DNA of 63,396 nucleotides, the filler included, from Octopus bimaculoides (lineage: Eukaryota): NCBI RefSeq assembly GCF_001194135.2. It is 10 parts of 9 records of this genome, joined end to end, with 100 filler letters (N's around TTAATTAATTAA, not from the genome) between each part and the next. Parts side by side here need not be neighbours in the genome. Positions count along the whole stretch, not along the records: positions 61,298 to 63,396 come from NC_068982.1; 9 more parts are not named here. The stretch is one strand, 5' to 3'. The position numbers and the translations under genes were made by a program. Shown here one piece after another: positions 61,299-63,396 of this stretch. The notes under the pieces are model-generated. The model worked only from the letters and a program-made list of their open reading frames with translations, ran no database searches and had not been told where the DNA came from. How positions within the stretch are numbered: position 1 is the stretch's first letter; every line of letters begins with the position of its first letter.

Positions 61299-61590
61299 CT
61301 ACCTCGATTACCTTATCCACCCATTTCTCTGCTAGAAGTATTCCTACGCCCCGACCCCGTCAGAGTTCCCTGCCCAGAAAATCTTGTACCTGTGTTCTTT
61401 GCCTGTGAGGAACCTCGCAGAACCTCCTCTCCATCTTACTTCCTGGATGCAACACATGTCTACGCGTCTCCGTTCAAGCATCTCAACAATTTCACCAGAT
61501 CTACCTTTCAGCGTGCCGACATTGAGAGTGCCAATCCTAACAGTATGGGTGTTGGGGGTGTGGGCCTGTAGCCTGGGAAGGGGAAAAGCA
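61299..61590 (-). mobile_element. RTE LINE APE endonuclease N-terminus
   Basis: RIGTLNVGTLKGRSGEIVEMLERRRVDMCCIQEVRWRG..YKIFWAGN. Confidence 0.9.
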
Positions 61591-62589
61591 GTGTCAAAAA
61601 ATTCAAAAATTATCTCACAAGTGTTACATGAGAGGAACGTGTCGGTTATTGACCATTCCTGTGTTGACTCTAACATCAAACAAGTCTATGACAAGGTTCT
61701 TTTGAAAAGACTGGTGTTTATTGACGAAATAGGAAATGATATACAAGTTAGTTGAAATTCTTCTAATGAAACCATTTACAACAAACTTGGTTCTGGTAAA
61801 GTTTGTGCAAGCTAAACCTCAAAACATTGCACAGAATTTGCTGAACAAAACCATTTTCAAACCTGTCAGTAACCTTTGGACCACTATAGCTACAAAAGTG
61901 ATTCTTATTTTTGGAGAGAAAAAGGCTTTCAGTATTAACCTAAAATAGATACACCTCTACAACCTAGAGAATCAATACCAGAGTGTAGAAGAGTAACATT
62001 CACATTTACTTGTGAAGAAAAACAAAAACTAAACATACAGTAGAAACAGTTATTCAATCTGCTTTTGAGATTTCAAGGCTCAGTACTGAAAGATTATCTG
62101 ATGAGGATTCAATATTGAATAATGTTCATTATAGCAAGATGCAGTTTGGCAATCTAAGGCCTGCAGTCAATGCATATTCTGTGTACTATTGTTAAAAGGC
62201 ATTTGAAAATGAGTTTTGTTGCATGACAATGACAATCGTCACTCACAATGTTTCTTCAGAAACTGAGATATGCCTTGCTCTTTTAAACTATCAACCTGTC
62301 ACCTGTTTGCTTCATTAGTTGCAAAGATGCCTTAAGACATTTGTGTACATGATTCATCTCTCAGCCTTAAATTTTGTTTTCTAAAAGCATAAAGAAACAT
62401 ACATAAAAATGGACAACGCATGTAGAAAGACTCTTGAGAAATTACTCATATTTTTAGAATCTCCATTGTTGTTGAAATAATTAATAATGAAAAATAATTA
62501 ATGAAACAATATGTATCACTGAATGCTGATGTTCTTCAGAACAACCAGCAAGCAGAAGTATGATGATTAATGTAATCTAACATTTTATT

Positions 62590-62850
62590 TGTTTCAGTCA
62601 TTGGAATGCAGCCTTGTTTGGGCATTGTTTAGAAGGATTTTGGTCAGAAAATGAATCAACCCCAGTATTTTGAGCTTGGAACTTAATCTATCGGTCTCTT
62701 ATGCTGAACTGCTAAGTTATGCTGACATGAATAAAGAAATCCTGCAGCACACACACACACACACACACATATAGTCAACAGATGAGATCCAGAGACTCTC
62801 AGTATAGAAGACACTTTGTAGCACTCAAATGATTCAAACTTAGATTCCGA
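62590..62850 (-). mobile_element. SINE family A, very degenerate
   Basis: TTGTTTCAGTCATTGGAATGCAGCC..TCTATCGGTCTCTTATGCTGAACTGCTAAGTTA, (CA)n, then TAGAAGACACTTTG. Confidence 0.65.
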
Positions 62851-62999
62851 TGTCTTTACAGGGGATTAGTTTTGTTGGGTAAAGAATGGCTACAAGAGGG
62901 ACTAAGTTGAGCAACAATAGAGGCAATCATGCAGATAAAAAAAAATTATATATTATTAAACATAACAGCTTGGGTATGAAATACAAAATATGTATGAGG

Positions 63000-63396
63000 C
63001 TACAAAGAAAGAGGTCTGGAGATGCCACTACGATAGATTGCTTAATAATGGGAATGAATGGGAGAAAGAGAGCCTACTGTATGTTGACCCAACAGAGGGA
63101 CCAGCTATCCGAGTTGATAGTACCAGGGTAGATAAAGCAATTAAGAGTATGAAGACAAGGAAAGCCCCCGGCCCATCAGGAATCACTGCAGAGATGCTCA
63201 AAATATCTGGCAGTGTTTGCTACAGCCTAGTCACCCGTATTACGAACCAGGTGATACACGAAGGAGTCATACCCAATGACTTGTGTAGCAGCACCATAGT
63301 CAACTGCTACAAAGGTAAAGGTGATGCTTTAGATACAAATAACTACAGAGGCATCAAGCTGTTAGATCAGGTTATGAAAGTTACGGAGAGGGTCAT
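63000..63396 (+). mobile_element. RTE LINE RT N-terminal part (runs off the window)
   Basis: DKAIKSMKTRKAPGPSGITAEMLK..IPND...IVNCYKGKGDALDTNNYRGIKLL. Confidence 0.92.

Noticed and set aside
62098-62125. CTGATGA-GG followed by the palindrome ATTCAATATTGAAT
   Set aside because: The 3' half of the hammerhead core is absent.

Overview
Eukaryotic, AT-rich and microsatellite-saturated genomic DNA. The repeat families look like those of octopod cephalopods (Octopus); this is my inference from recognising the SINEs and LINEs. The window is about ten sequence blocks joined by artificial 100-nt linkers (N44-TTAATTAATTAA-N44), so adjacency across linkers is not guaranteed. No host gene can be identified with confidence, and most ORFs in the track are microsatellite or N artefacts. 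Nearly all interpretable sequence is decayed transposons: RTE LINEs, four to five R4/Dong-type RLE LINE fragments next to (TAA)n, a nested cluster of Tx1/L1-clade LINEs in (GATA/GGAT)n, Penelope-like elements (PLEs), Tc1/mariner remnants and several modular tRNA-derived SINE families. The main unexplained signal is about nine minimal type-I hammerhead ribozyme motifs in five or six structural variants, several attached to PLE sequence and two nearly or fully canonical. Other notable items are a perfect 94-bp inverted duplication around a Tx1 3' end, a probable twin-priming inversion in an RTE, and tandem SINE arrays.
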